A stretch of 64,000 nucleotides of DNA from Myxococcota bacterium (GTDB taxonomy: Bacteria > Myxococcota > JACRCW01). The DNA is taken from positions 1 to 64,000 of the forward strand of contig JBFMGU010000002.1 of assembly GCA_040752415.1 (NCBI GenBank), written 5' to 3'. This document shows positions 1-9,714 of the stretch, in pieces (the stretch's first letter is position 1; the number at the start of each line of letters is the position of its first letter). The notes beneath the pieces are model-generated. The model made no database searches. It had not been told where the DNA came from and saw only the letters and a program-made list of their open reading frames with translations. The translations under genes were made by a program, and so were the position numbers.

Positions 1-1550
1 AGCGTGGGCATCCCGTTGGCGCCGCTGGCGCCTTGGGGGCCCGTCGGTCCGGCGGGGCCCATCTCGCCGGGCAGCCCCTGCGGCCCCATGGCGCCGTGGC
101 ACGTGTACTGCGTCAGGGCCGCGTCCACCTCGCCGCTCTCCAGCACGCCATTGCCGTTGGCGTCGGTGCCCACCTCCAGCTTGACGCCGCCGGTGGCGCA
201 GTTCGCGCCAGGTGGCTCGGCCGAGCTGCGGGTGGCCGCGTTGAGCCCGGGTGCGCCCTGCGGGCCCACCGACCCCTGCGGGCCCACCAGGCCCTGCGGC
301 CCGCGCGGACCCACCGGCCCCTGCGGCCCAGCGGCACCCTCCGGTCCGGTCTCACCCGGCGGACCCACCTCGCCCTGGCTGCCGTGGCACAGCTGGCGCG
401 TCTGCAGCGGGTCCACCTCCTGCGGATCCAGCAGGCCATTGCCGTCGGCATCCCGGCCCACCTCCAGCGCCACGCCGCCGTTGGGGCAGGTTGCGCTTGG
501 CGGCTCCTCACGGGTCAGCGCCAGCGCGTGCCGCCCGTCCAGGCCGGGAATGCCCTGCGGCCCCTGCGGGCCCATCTCCCCCTGCGGCCCGGTCTCCCCG
601 GTGGCGCCCATCACGCCGGGCTGTCCTGGGGCGCCGTGGCAGACCCAGCGCGTCGCCAGCGGGTCCATCTCCACCACCTCCAGCGCGCCGCTCCCATCCA
701 GGTCCAGGCCACTCTCGATGCGCACGCCGCCGCCCGCACAGGTGGCGCCCGGCTCCTCCTCCGTCGTCACCACCAGGAAGGAGAGACCCGCGTTCCCGCG
801 GTCGCCTTGCTCCCCCTGCCGGCCGGGTGCGCCATGGCAGCTGGTCACCGTGTGGGCCGGGACCACCTCGGCGTCGTCGAGCACGTTGTTGGAATCCTGG
901 TCCAGGCCGGACTCCACCACCGTCCCGCCCTGCGGGCACGCCTCCGGGGACGCCAGCGCCGTCCGCAGCAGCGTGTTGCGACCGTCCGCCCCCGTGGCGC
1001 CGCGCGGGCCCACCGCGCCGGTCTCACCGCGCACGCCGTCCGCGCCGTGGCAGACGTAGGTGGTCAGTGCCGGGTCGGGCTCGCCGTCATCCAGCACGCC
1101 GTTGCGGTTGAGGTCGGGCCCGCTCTCCACGCGCACCCCGCCCGCTGCGCAGCGCGTGCCCGCCGCTTCCACGGTGGTGCGGACCAGCGCGGACAGCCCC
1201 ACCGGACCCTGCGGTCCCAGCGGCCCCACCGCACCGGTCTCCCCTTGCGGTCCCGCCACCCCCTGTGGCCCCACCGGCCCCAGCAGCCCCGGGTCCCCGT
1301 GGCAGACGTGGCGCGTCTGGATCGGGTCCACCTCCCCGTTGTCCAGCACGCCGTTGCCATTCTTGTCCAGGCCGACTTCCACGCGCAGCCCACCGGAATG
1401 GCACGAAACGCCCTCCGGCTCCTCGGCCACGCGGAGCAGCGCGTTCTTGCCCGGCGCGCCCGTCTCACCCTGCTTGGCGCCGTCGCCGCACCCCGCCAGT
1501 CCCAGTCCCACCACCGCGATCCTGCAGCAAATGCGGAAGCTCACCGTCAT
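1..1550 (-). CDS. Lipoprotein with alternating collagen (Gly-X-Y) segments and >=6 Cys-flanked EF-loop (DUF7151-like) repeats; 3' end runs off the window
   Basis: Hand translation from ATG at 1550: [21 protein letters not shown] (lipobox LAGC), then repeats such as [36 protein letters not shown] separated by GPxG runs. Missing from the ORF track because no stop lies in the window; + strand ORFs 4..1059 and 1060..1662 are its antisense shadow. Confidence 0.85.
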   Translation of the reverse strand, partial: MTVSFRICCRIAVVGLGLAGCGDGAKQGETGAPGKNALLRVAEEPEGVSCHSGGLRVEVGLDKNGNGVLDNGEVDPIQTRHVCHGDPGLLGPVGPQGVAGPQGETGAVGPLGPQGPVGLSALVRTTVEAAGTRCAAGGVRVESGPDLNRNGVLDDGEPDPALTTYVCHGADGVRGETGAVGPRGATGADGRNTLLRTALASPEACPQGGTVVESGLDQDSNNVLDDAEVVPAHTVTSCHGAPGRQGEQGDRGNAGLSFLVVTTEEEPGATCAGGGVRIESGLDLDGSGALEVVEMDPLATRWVCHGAPGQPGVMGATGETGPQGEMGPQGPQGIPGLDGRHALALTREEPPSATCPNGGVALEVGRDADGNGLLDPQEVDPLQTRQLCHGSQGEVGPPGETGPEGAAGPQGPVGPRGPQGLVGPQGSVGPQGAPGLNAATRSSAEPPGANCATGGVKLEVGTDANGNGVLESGEVDAALTQYTCHGAMGPQGLPGEMGPAGPTGPQGASGANGMPT

Positions 1551-1748
1551 GTTGAAGTCGCCCCCGGGGCGCGCCCACTGTTGGGCGGCGCCAGGCCGTC
1601 CCGAACCAATTGCCACCCGCCACACCCGGCAGATGGGCCCCATGAAATTTTGCGGCCCCTAGATACACCGCGCATTGCGTGCATGCCAACGACTGGTTTA
1701 TGTGAAAAGCGTTCGCGGTGATCGCAGAGCACATTCCGGGGGTTGTGT

Positions 1749-2510
1749 ATGAACTTCCTGCGCGCGCACCTCATGCGTTGCGGGCTGACGGCGGCGCTGC
1801 TGCTCGCCTGTACGCCGGAGCCAGCCAACCCCCCGGCCCCGGCCGCGGTCTGCACGGACACCTGCGAGTCGCTGGGCCACGACTGTGGCACGGTGTGCGG
1901 GGTGGCCTGCGGTGGTTGTGAGGAGGGGCAGGCGTGCCTCGGGGGGCACTGTCGCTGTGCTCCCAGCTGCGGAGAGGACTCCTGCGGCGCCGACGACGGC
2001 TGCGGCGGAACCTGCCCGTGCGCGGGGGCCACCTCGTGCCTGGAGTGCCCGCTGCGCCTGGTGCTGGTGGACCAATGGGATGACGGCGTGGCGGTGGCGC
2101 GCGTCACGGTGGCGCTGGAGAGCATGGCGTCGGGAAGCGGGGACGTGCTGGCGCGGGTGGCGGACCTGCGCTTCTCCGGCGGGCCGGGGCTGCGCTTGAC
2201 CGCCGCGCAGTTGGGGCCCGCGCTCCGGGAGGCGCGCAAGGAGCTGCACCGCTTTGCCCGGACCAACCTGCCCTTCGAGCAGCTTGAGGACGGGACCTGG
2301 CGCATCCTGGTCCGCCCGCGCACCATCAACCCCGACGTGCCCCCGGGCCGCTGGCTCACCATGACCTGGGAGCGCACTGGCCCCGCCGACGGCGCCCCGG
2401 TCACCGTCTCGCTGGTGCGGCGCCCCCAGCTGCTGGCGCCCGCCGCCGCCGACAGCGCGCTGCAGGCCACCCCCTACGACCGTCCCCTGACCATCTCGGT
2501 GCGGCGATGA
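1749..2510 (+). CDS. Lipoprotein with Cys-rich linker and C-terminal cohesin-like beta-sandwich
   Basis: Lipobox LLLAC and CGxxCGxC repeats; C-terminal ADLRF..LRLTAAQLGPALREARKEL..WRILV..INPDVPPGRWLTMTW resembles the cohesin pattern; stop overlaps next start (ATGA at 2507). Confidence 0.75.
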   Translation: MNFLRAHLMRCGLTAALLLACTPEPANPPAPAAVCTDTCESLGHDCGTVCGVACGGCEEGQACLGGHCRCAPSCGEDSCGADDGCGGTCPCAGATSCLECPLRLVLVDQWDDGVAVARVTVALESMASGSGDVLARVADLRFSGGPGLRLTAAQLGPALREARKELHRFARTNLPFEQLEDGTWRILVRPRTINPDVPPGRWLTMTWERTGPADGAPVTVSLVRRPQLLAPAAADSALQATPYDRPLTISVRR

Positions 2511-5500
2511 ACCCGCGTCCCTTCCTCCGCGTCGTGCCGTTGCTGCTGCTCGTCGTGGCGCCGGGCGTGGCCCGGGCTGCGCCGCTGGGGGTGACGGAGC
2601 TGGATGCGTTGGCCCGCCACCTGGACTGTCGCGACGCGTGCGGCGCCGGCCCGGCCCAGGACTACCAGGTGTGCGTGGATGCCTGCGGCGTCGTCGATCC
2701 GGCCTGGGAGAAGGACGGCGTGCCCGGTGTCACGCGTACCGACCAGTGGCTGGCCGCGCTGGAGGTCGCCGACGCCGGGCGCGGGGTGGAGATCTGCTAC
2801 CGGGCCGGCGGCACCGTGGTGGTGCCCGCGGCGTTGTGCCCCGGCGCGCTGTGCCAGGCGCTGCCCGCGTGCTCGGACGCGCAGTGCGCCCTGGATGAAC
2901 CGAGTCGACCCGCCGCCTGCCTGGACCCGGTGTGTGAGCTGCGCCCGGCCCGCACCGCCGCGGACTGCGCCGACGCCGACGCCGACGGCATTCCCGCCTG
3001 GCTGGAGCCCGCCGCGGGCGGCAACGACGGCGAGGCCAACACCTTCTGCCAGTCCAACCTGGACTGCGGCTTCTCCTCCACCTGCGCGTACGACGCCAAC
3101 CTGGGGGCCAGCCACTGCGCCCCGCGCGCGTGCGGGACGGCGGGGTGCACCGCCTTCCACCTGGAGCTGGTGGCCTCCGACGACCAGCAGGTGCTGATCC
3201 AGTTGGTCTACGACTACTCGCCCGGCCCGGCCCGCGTGCTGGACCTGCTCATCGACTACGACCGCACGTCGCTGGCGCTGGCGGAGTCCCGCCCCCTGCC
3301 CAACCTCACGGAGTACGGCAAGACCCTCCACGTCACCCACCTCTCCAACGGCGTGCTGCGCCTGGTGGTGATCTCCACGGATTCCGACGACCCCATCCGC
3401 GCCGGCCCGCTGGTGGAGCTGGTGTTCCAGCGCGTGGGCCCCGAGGGCAGCCGCGTCGGCTTCGTGAATGACGACGAAACCCAGGTCAACGCGGTGGCCC
3501 CGCTGCAGGGGAGCGAGGACACGCAGGAGCAGCTGGCGGACGACGCGTTGTGGGGCGCCCCGGTGGACGTCCCCGCGCGCGCCGACGACGCCGGCGAGCG
3601 GGTGCTGCTGTGGTACGGCTTTGACACCGCGGACGCGCCGCTGACGCTGGAGCAGGTTCCCGACGCCGAGGAGCTGTGCGGCCGCGTGGCCTCGTGCGCG
3701 CAGGAGCAGGACCCGGTGGCGCGGGGGCGCCACGTGGCGCGGCTGGACACGCTGCAGTCGGGCTTCATCTCCGTGAGCGCCAGCGTCCCGGGCGTGGCGC
3801 GCGGCGCGGTGGTGCTGGACGGGCACAACAACCACCTGCGCCTGCCGGTGCACGCCCTGGAGCCCTACGACCCCACCGGCCAGAGCTTCTCCTTCTCCAC
3901 CTGGTTCTACACGGAGGGCAACAGCAGCGACGAGGCCGTCACCACGCCGCAGGTGCTCTTCTCCCACCTGGCCGCCGACGAGCGGACCCACTTCGGCCTC
4001 CTCTTGGAGCCGGGCAGCGACGCAGACCACTGGACGCTCTCCTTCTTCCAGGGCGACCTGCTGGCGCTCTCCTCCCTGCAACGCACGCCCGTGGCGGTGG
4101 ACTTCCCCGTCCTCACCTGGCACCACGTGGCCTTCACGCTGGACGGGCACACCGGCGTGACCGCGCTCTACTGGGACGGCGCCGCGGTGGCGTCCACCAC
4201 CTTCCCGGCCTCCCCGCCCGCCATCTCCTGCCCGGGATTCCAGCGCGGCAGCGACGTGGTGCTGCACGAGGAGGGCGCCATCCTGGGCGGGCGGCCGCCG
4301 GAGGCCATCGTGCTCGGGGTGCGCGAGGGGCCGCAGTACCAGCTCCAGCGCATGGACCCCGAGGGGCTGGCCACCGCCACGGTGATCTCCAACCCGCAGG
4401 CCTCGTTCGAGGACCCGGACGTCATGCCGCTGATTGGCAAGGTGGCCTACGTCTCCAACCTCAGCGGCGCGTACGAGGTGTGGATCGCCGACCTCGACGG
4501 TGGGAACGCACAGCAGGTGACGGTGGGATTCGGCGAGGCCACGCTGGGCACCGGGGCGCACCGCCCGCGCTGGGCGCCCGACGGCAGCGCGCTGATCTTC
4601 GAGAGCAACGCCTTCAGCGTGCCGTTCGACCACAACGTGGACAAGGCGGTGCAGCTCTACTTCGTGGGCTACGACCCCATCCAGGGCAAGGTCCGCATCC
4701 CGCTGGATGCCGGCGGCACCGCCGAGCAGCTGGACTACAACGCGCACGCCCAGCAGCGCACGCTCTCCGCCTACCAGCTCACGCGCGGTGAGGAGAACCA
4801 CGGCAACGTGCACTGGCTGCGGGGCGCGGAGGGCGGCACGCGCGGGGACATCGTCTTCGACGTCACCGACGAGCGGTACAAGGGCGGCACGCTGCACCGC
4901 ATGCTCATCCCCCAGAACATCCGCGAGGCCAGCTCCTCCGTCATCCCGGGGCTGGGCCTGGCCTCCGAGGAGCTGAGGCTGCTGGGCGCCAAGCACGTGG
5001 TGCGCGCCGGGCCGCAGGGCGGGGAGTGGTCATACCTGCTCTACGCCGCGTGGCAGGTGGGCTACGAGACGTCCACCCAGTTCCAGGCGGAGGTGGTGGA
5101 GGCGGGGAGCACCGCCACCGTCACCGTGCGCCACGTGCCCAACGGCTACGACGCCAACTGCTGGGACCTCAACCACAACCACCTGCCTCCCGCGCGCGAC
5201 GGGCGCGACGCCGCCGAGGACGCCAACGGCGACGGCGCGTGGAACACCCAGGATTGCCACCCCGTGGCGGTGGACGACCTCTTCCTGGCCTTTGACCCCA
5301 CGCTGTTCGTCCCGCGGGTGAGCGCCGCCGACTCCGCCGCGGCCAGGCAGAACACCGTCCTGGCGCCCACGGGCGTGGACAAGGACCTGCGCCTGGGTGA
5401 GTCGTTCTCCGCCACCGGCGCGTACGTGCGCGTGGAGATCACCAGCCCGCGCAATGGCCTGCCCATCCCCGCCGGCGTGGTGGCGCGCATCAAGCTCGAC

Positions 5501-8500
5501 CGTCGCCAGCCCGGGGCGCCCACCACGCCCATGGAGATGAGGAAGCGGGGCGCCACCTCGCGCGTGCTGCTGCAGGACCTGCTCTCCGCGGGAGCGCCGC
5601 AGGCCGTGTCCCTGGGCGACGTCCTGGACGACGTGGAGGCGGCCGCCTTCTCTCCCGACGGCACGGGGCTGTTGCTGTACGGCAGGTCGCGGGCGCGGCC
5701 CGTGGTGGTGCGGACGCGCTCACTCACCGACGCCTCCCAGGGCGTGCGCATCCGCTCCGACGTCAAGAGCGTGCGCGGCCTGTCCTGGACACGGGAGCAG
5801 CGCTACTTCCCCTGCAACTGGGTGGGCGGCGTGATGCACCCCATCCAGAAGACCATCATGATGGGGCTGCGCGGCGCGCTGGATGAGCTCAAGCTCCACG
5901 CCGGCGTGCGCGACCCCGACGCCATCCTCTCCGAGTCCGCCCTGGGCCATGAGCGGCTGCAGGAGGAGGGGCGCGACGGCGCGCTGGACGGACAGCTGCA
6001 GGGATGCGTCCTCACCTCCGACTGCCCGGCGTTCCACCTGTGCGTGGCGGGCGCGTGTCGCATGGTGGAGTGCAGCCCGGAGGACCCCTACGCCTGCGCC
6101 GCCGAGGGTGGACGCTGCACGCTGCGGCCCATCTCCGTGGAGCAGGAGCAGGCCGGCGTCGACGGGTACCGCTGGGTGTGTGCCGCGGACTGCGAGGTGG
6201 ACAACCAGTGCTTCACCCAGTCCTGCGGCGCGGGGCCGTGCCGGTTCTGCGAGGTGGCCACCGCCGCGTGCGTGGAGTGTCGCGACAGCATCCAGGACTA
6301 CGGGGCGTTCACCATCCGCTCCATCGAGGGCTGCCCGGACCGCAACAGCTTCCAGTGCGCGGCCGGCGCGTGCGAGACGGAGTGCTACACCTTCCGCGAC
6401 GGGCAGAGCATCTACCGCTGCGACCCGGCGCTGGAGTTCTGCCAGGCGGGACGCTGCGCCACGTTGGAGTGGGACTGGCCGGACTTCGCGCCCGCCTCGC
6501 TGCTGGGCCTCACCGAGACCATCTACGAGGAGCTGCCCGACGCCGTGCGCACCGTGGCGGTGGGCGAGCAGAGCACCATCCGCTTCAAGGCCTACGGCAA
6601 GGGCGACCGCGCCCAGCCCCCGGAAGTGCTGGTGGAGGCCCGGGCCGCGGGCAGCAACGTGGCGCTCTACGGCGGCAACTGGTTCGAGGTGGGGCGCGTC
6701 ACGGTCCACAACCGCACCCGCAACGAGGCCGACGCCAACCCCTACCTGCTCCACGTCAGCCATCCCATCACCGACGTGCGCCTGCGGCTCGTCCACACGC
6801 CCTACCAGAACCTGGAAGCCGCGGCTTCCGGCCTGGGCGCGCGGGACAAGGACTTCTGCGTGGCCGACGCCAAGGTGACGGCGGAGACGGGCGGTGAGCC
6901 CCTGGACCAGAGCGCCTGCATCCACCGCCCGCCCGGCTCGATCCAGCACCTGGGTTACGCCGCGGAGGTCCCGTTTGACGACGTGGCCGCCGACTGCGCC
7001 GCGCACGCCCGTCCCGGCTGCCCCAACGTGCTGGACCCGCTGCGGGTCTACCTGGTCGACGGGCGTCCCACGGTGCTGGTGCTGGAGATGCGCGTGGACG
7101 GCACCGCGGTGCCGGTGGAGGCCAACCCGGTCTGCTCCTACGAGGGCACGCTGGACCCGGTGCAGCCGGGGGGCGCGCCGCGCAAGCTGTTCTACGGCGA
7201 CATCCGCCAGGAGAAGTCCCCCACCGCCGCGCGCTTCTGCCAGGACAACCCCACCGCCTGCGCCCAGGCCACGGACCTCCTGGACTTCAGCGCGCGCAGC
7301 GGCGGCGCCTACGCGCTGCTCAACTGCAACTACAACGACCCCGGCACCGGCGCCCTGGCGCGCGTGGACTACCTGGTGCCGCCCTACCAGCAACCGTTCA
7401 ACGCCGGCGCGGTGCGGGAGACGGGCGCGGGCTGCATGGTGGAGCTGGACGCGGTGCGCCGCGAGCAGTGTTACGAGTTCATGGGCGGGCAGGTCACCAT
7501 GGACCCCCTGGCGGCGCCGCTGGCGGTGTACCAGGTCCTGGAGTTCACGCAGCAGCGCAGCTTCGGCCATGACCGCAACTTCACGCCGGTGGAGCTGCCG
7601 CGCTTCCCGCTCACCGTGGCGGTCAGCGGCTACCAGGGCGGCGGCCTGCAGCTCCGCAACCGCGCCGACGTGCTCACCATCTCCGGCAGCGGGGAGGTCA
7701 CCGCCACCTTTGCCAACACGCTGCGGCTGGGGGAGCGCTGGCACGTCGAGGTGGAGCGGCAGCCCACGGGCGGCTCCGCCCCGCGCTACTGCGTGGTCGA
7801 CGCGCAGGAGGCGCGCGGCGCCATGCGCCAGGGCGGCGCCACCGTCCACGTGAGCTGCGGGCCGGCCCAGCGCGTGGGTGTGCAGCTCAGCGGCCTGGTG
7901 GCGGACCGCGCCGCGCTGCGCCTGCGCACCAACGCGTACGTGGCGGGCGCCAACACCCGGGCCGGGACCGTGGAGCTGGACCTGTGGGCCAATGGCACCT
8001 CCTCCTTCCCGGTGCTCCTCCCCGTCGGCGCCACCTACCTCGTGGAGGTGCGCGACCAGCCGCGCGTCCCCAGCCAGCTGTGCACCGTCAGCAACGGCAG
8101 CGGCGCGGTGCTCCCCGACCAGGCTCCCCTGGCCCGGGTGGTCTGCGTGGAGACGCCCCCGCGCCTGCTGGGCGGGCGGGTGGACGGGCTGGAGGGCCAG
8201 GGGCTCATCCTCTCCAGTGCCACCACCGACGAGCTGCTCACCATCTCCGCGGCCGGGCCCTACGCCTTCTCGCGCCGCATCCGCCCCGGCCTGCCCTACC
8301 AGGTGGCCATCCACCAGCAGCCCACCAACCCGGCCCAGCGGTGCGAGGTGGAGGGCGCCACCGGCGTGATGCCCAACCAGGATCACCTGGCGGTGCGCGT
8401 GGCCTGCGCCACCCTGCCCACCTACGCCATCAAGGTGAACGTGGGGAACCTGCGCGGCCGCGACCTGGTGCTCAGCCTCAACGGCTCGGACACCATGGCC

Positions 8501-9679
8501 CCCTCCCGCGACGGCGTGTACGCGTTCACCCGCCGCCTGCTGGACGGCGCCAGCTACGACGTCAAGGTCACCTCCCAGCCCCACACCCCGCTCCAGGACT
8601 GCACCGTCATCAGCGGCACCGGCACGGTCAACGCCGCCGACGTGCAGGACGTCCAGGTGGTCTGCGCCGACCACGTGGAGAACCCGGTGGCCTTCGCGGT
8701 GCACGTGGAGGTCTCGGGGTTGCTGGGCGACTTCATGCGTCTCTCACTCAACAACGGCACCCAGCGCATGGACGTGACCCGCAACGGGCGCTTCACCTTC
8801 AACAACCCGCTGTCCGACAACAGCAACTTCGTCGTGGAGGTGGCGGAGCAGCCCAGCTCTCCCGCGCAGACCTGCACCGTGGCGGCGGGGTCCGGACGGA
8901 TCACCGGCGCGGACGTGGTGGCGCAGGTCAGCTGTCCCTCGGCGCGCCTGAACGTGGCGCTGGGTGGCGGCGGCAGCGGGCAGGCGGTGCGTGGCGTGTT
9001 GCTCAATCCGGCCGGTGCGCCGGTGGGGGAGCAGCTGCCGGATGCCAGCTGGCCGTCGTCGGGCGCGACGCTCCGCGTGGTGGAGGCGGGACGCACCGCG
9101 GAGGGCAATCCTCCCAACGCGGCCCTCGCCACCGGCTCCCACCGGCTCTACCTGTGGGTGAACTCCGACGGCAGCAACAACGGCGGCGTCCCCACCTTCC
9201 AGCCCGGCGACGCCGCGGTGGTCAAGACGGTGAGCATCCCGGGCACCGCGCCGGTCACCGTCAACGTCAGCACCTCCGAGCTGGCCGCCACCATCCACGA
9301 GCCGGTGCTCATCAAGGCCCCGCCGGACATCGACGCCAAGGCCTCGGTGGTCTGCTACTGGACCGCCACCACCGGAGGCGCGGTGGAGCTGCCCGCGGTG
9401 GCACCGCTGGGAACCAGCGCGGTGGCCTGCTCCGACGAGCTGGCCCCCTGCTTCCGCTACCGCACGGGCGCGGGAGCGGTGGCCGGCAGCACCAACATCC
9501 ACGCGCCGCTCCTGGCGGGCACCTACGACCTGACGTGCTGGTACGACCAGGGCGGGCCGGGCGGCGCACCCGACAACATCTTCAACGCAGGAGACCGCGT
9601 GGGCTTCACGCCGGGCGTCAACGTCGACGGCCCCGGCGTGCTCACTTCCCAGGCGGTGGTCACGCTCAACCCGCCCTGA
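2507..9679 (+). CDS. Giant secreted multidomain protein (cohesin-like x2, LamG/ConA-like, TolB/PD40-like propeller, Cys-rich repeats, 5 Ig-like repeats)
   Basis: 2390-aa ORF with signal peptide ending VARA. LamG motifs SFSFSTWF, WHHVAFT, LYWDG, GALDELKL; PD40-like VAYVSN..EVWIADLDG, PRWAPDGSALIFES, FSPDG; five ~85-aa repeats SGL.G..L.L...QP..P.Q.C.V..G.G...V.C at ~7600-8940. Confidence 0.85.
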   Translation: MNPRPFLRVVPLLLLVVAPGVARAAPLGVTELDALARHLDCRDACGAGPAQDYQVCVDACGVVDPAWEKDGVPGVTRTDQWLAALEVADAGRGVEICYRAGGTVVVPAALCPGALCQALPACSDAQCALDEPSRPAACLDPVCELRPARTAADCADADADGIPAWLEPAAGGNDGEANTFCQSNLDCGFSSTCAYDANLGASHCAPRACGTAGCTAFHLELVASDDQQVLIQLVYDYSPGPARVLDLLIDYDRTSLALAESRPLPNLTEYGKTLHVTHLSNGVLRLVVISTDSDDPIRAGPLVELVFQRVGPEGSRVGFVNDDETQVNAVAPLQGSEDTQEQLADDALWGAPVDVPARADDAGERVLLWYGFDTADAPLTLEQVPDAEELCGRVASCAQEQDPVARGRHVARLDTLQSGFISVSASVPGVARGAVVLDGHNNHLRLPVHALEPYDPTGQSFSFSTWFYTEGNSSDEAVTTPQVLFSHLAADERTHFGLLLEPGSDADHWTLSFFQGDLLALSSLQRTPVAVDFPVLTWHHVAFTLDGHTGVTALYWDGAAVASTTFPASPPAISCPGFQRGSDVVLHEEGAILGGRPPEAIVLGVREGPQYQLQRMDPEGLATATVISNPQASFEDPDVMPLIGKVAYVSNLSGAYEVWIADLDGGNAQQVTVGFGEATLGTGAHRPRWAPDGSALIFESNAFSVPFDHNVDKAVQLYFVGYDPIQGKVRIPLDAGGTAEQLDYNAHAQQRTLSAYQLTRGEENHGNVHWLRGAEGGTRGDIVFDVTDERYKGGTLHRMLIPQNIREASSSVIPGLGLASEELRLLGAKHVVRAGPQGGEWSYLLYAAWQVGYETSTQFQAEVVEAGSTATVTVRHVPNGYDANCWDLNHNHLPPARDGRDAAEDANGDGAWNTQDCHPVAVDDLFLAFDPTLFVPRVSAADSAAARQNTVLAPTGVDKDLRLGESFSATGAYVRVEITSPRNGLPIPAGVVARIKLDRRQPGAPTTPMEMRKRGATSRVLLQDLLSAGAPQAVSLGDVLDDVEAAAFSPDGTGLLLYGRSRARPVVVRTRSLTDASQGVRIRSDVKSVRGLSWTREQRYFPCNWVGGVMHPIQKTIMMGLRGALDELKLHAGVRDPDAILSESALGHERLQEEGRDGALDGQLQGCVLTSDCPAFHLCVAGACRMVECSPEDPYACAAEGGRCTLRPISVEQEQAGVDGYRWVCAADCEVDNQCFTQSCGAGPCRFCEVATAACVECRDSIQDYGAFTIRSIEGCPDRNSFQCAAGACETECYTFRDGQSIYRCDPALEFCQAGRCATLEWDWPDFAPASLLGLTETIYEELPDAVRTVAVGEQSTIRFKAYGKGDRAQPPEVLVEARAAGSNVALYGGNWFEVGRVTVHNRTRNEADANPYLLHVSHPITDVRLRLVHTPYQNLEAAASGLGARDKDFCVADAKVTAETGGEPLDQSACIHRPPGSIQHLGYAAEVPFDDVAADCAAHARPGCPNVLDPLRVYLVDGRPTVLVLEMRVDGTAVPVEANPVCSYEGTLDPVQPGGAPRKLFYGDIRQEKSPTAARFCQDNPTACAQATDLLDFSARSGGAYALLNCNYNDPGTGALARVDYLVPPYQQPFNAGAVRETGAGCMVELDAVRREQCYEFMGGQVTMDPLAAPLAVYQVLEFTQQRSFGHDRNFTPVELPRFPLTVAVSGYQGGGLQLRNRADVLTISGSGEVTATFANTLRLGERWHVEVERQPTGGSAPRYCVVDAQEARGAMRQGGATVHVSCGPAQRVGVQLSGLVADRAALRLRTNAYVAGANTRAGTVELDLWANGTSSFPVLLPVGATYLVEVRDQPRVPSQLCTVSNGSGAVLPDQAPLARVVCVETPPRLLGGRVDGLEGQGLILSSATTDELLTISAAGPYAFSRRIRPGLPYQVAIHQQPTNPAQRCEVEGATGVMPNQDHLAVRVACATLPTYAIKVNVGNLRGRDLVLSLNGSDTMAPSRDGVYAFTRRLLDGASYDVKVTSQPHTPLQDCTVISGTGTVNAADVQDVQVVCADHVENPVAFAVHVEVSGLLGDFMRLSLNNGTQRMDVTRNGRFTFNNPLSDNSNFVVEVAEQPSSPAQTCTVAAGSGRITGADVVAQVSCPSARLNVALGGGGSGQAVRGVLLNPAGAPVGEQLPDASWPSSGATLRVVEAGRTAEGNPPNAALATGSHRLYLWVNSDGSNNGGVPTFQPGDAAVVKTVSIPGTAPVTVNVSTSELAATIHEPVLIKAPPDIDAKASVVCYWTATTGGAVELPAVAPLGTSAVACSDELAPCFRYRTGAGAVAGSTNIHAPLLAGTYDLTCWYDQGGPGGAPDNIFNAGDRVGFTPGVNVDGPGVLTSQAVVTLNPP

Positions 9680-9714
9680 CGGCGGCACTCGCAGTCCTTT
9701 GTGGAGGTCAAGCC

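Noticed and set aside
4..1721. + strand ORFs 4..1059, 33..1721, 1060..1662
   Set aside because: Antisense shadows of the minus-strand collagen-like gene.
1551..1748. Possible sigma-54 promoter in the divergent intergenic region
   Set aside because: TGGCA and TGC are present on the minus strand but the -24/-12 spacing is wrong.
7984..9714. N-terminal extension of track ORF 7984..11733, suggesting overlap or frameshift fusion
   Set aside because: Out-of-frame Arg/Pro-rich read of the 2390-aa gene; a clear RBS, ATG and signal peptide occur at 9715.
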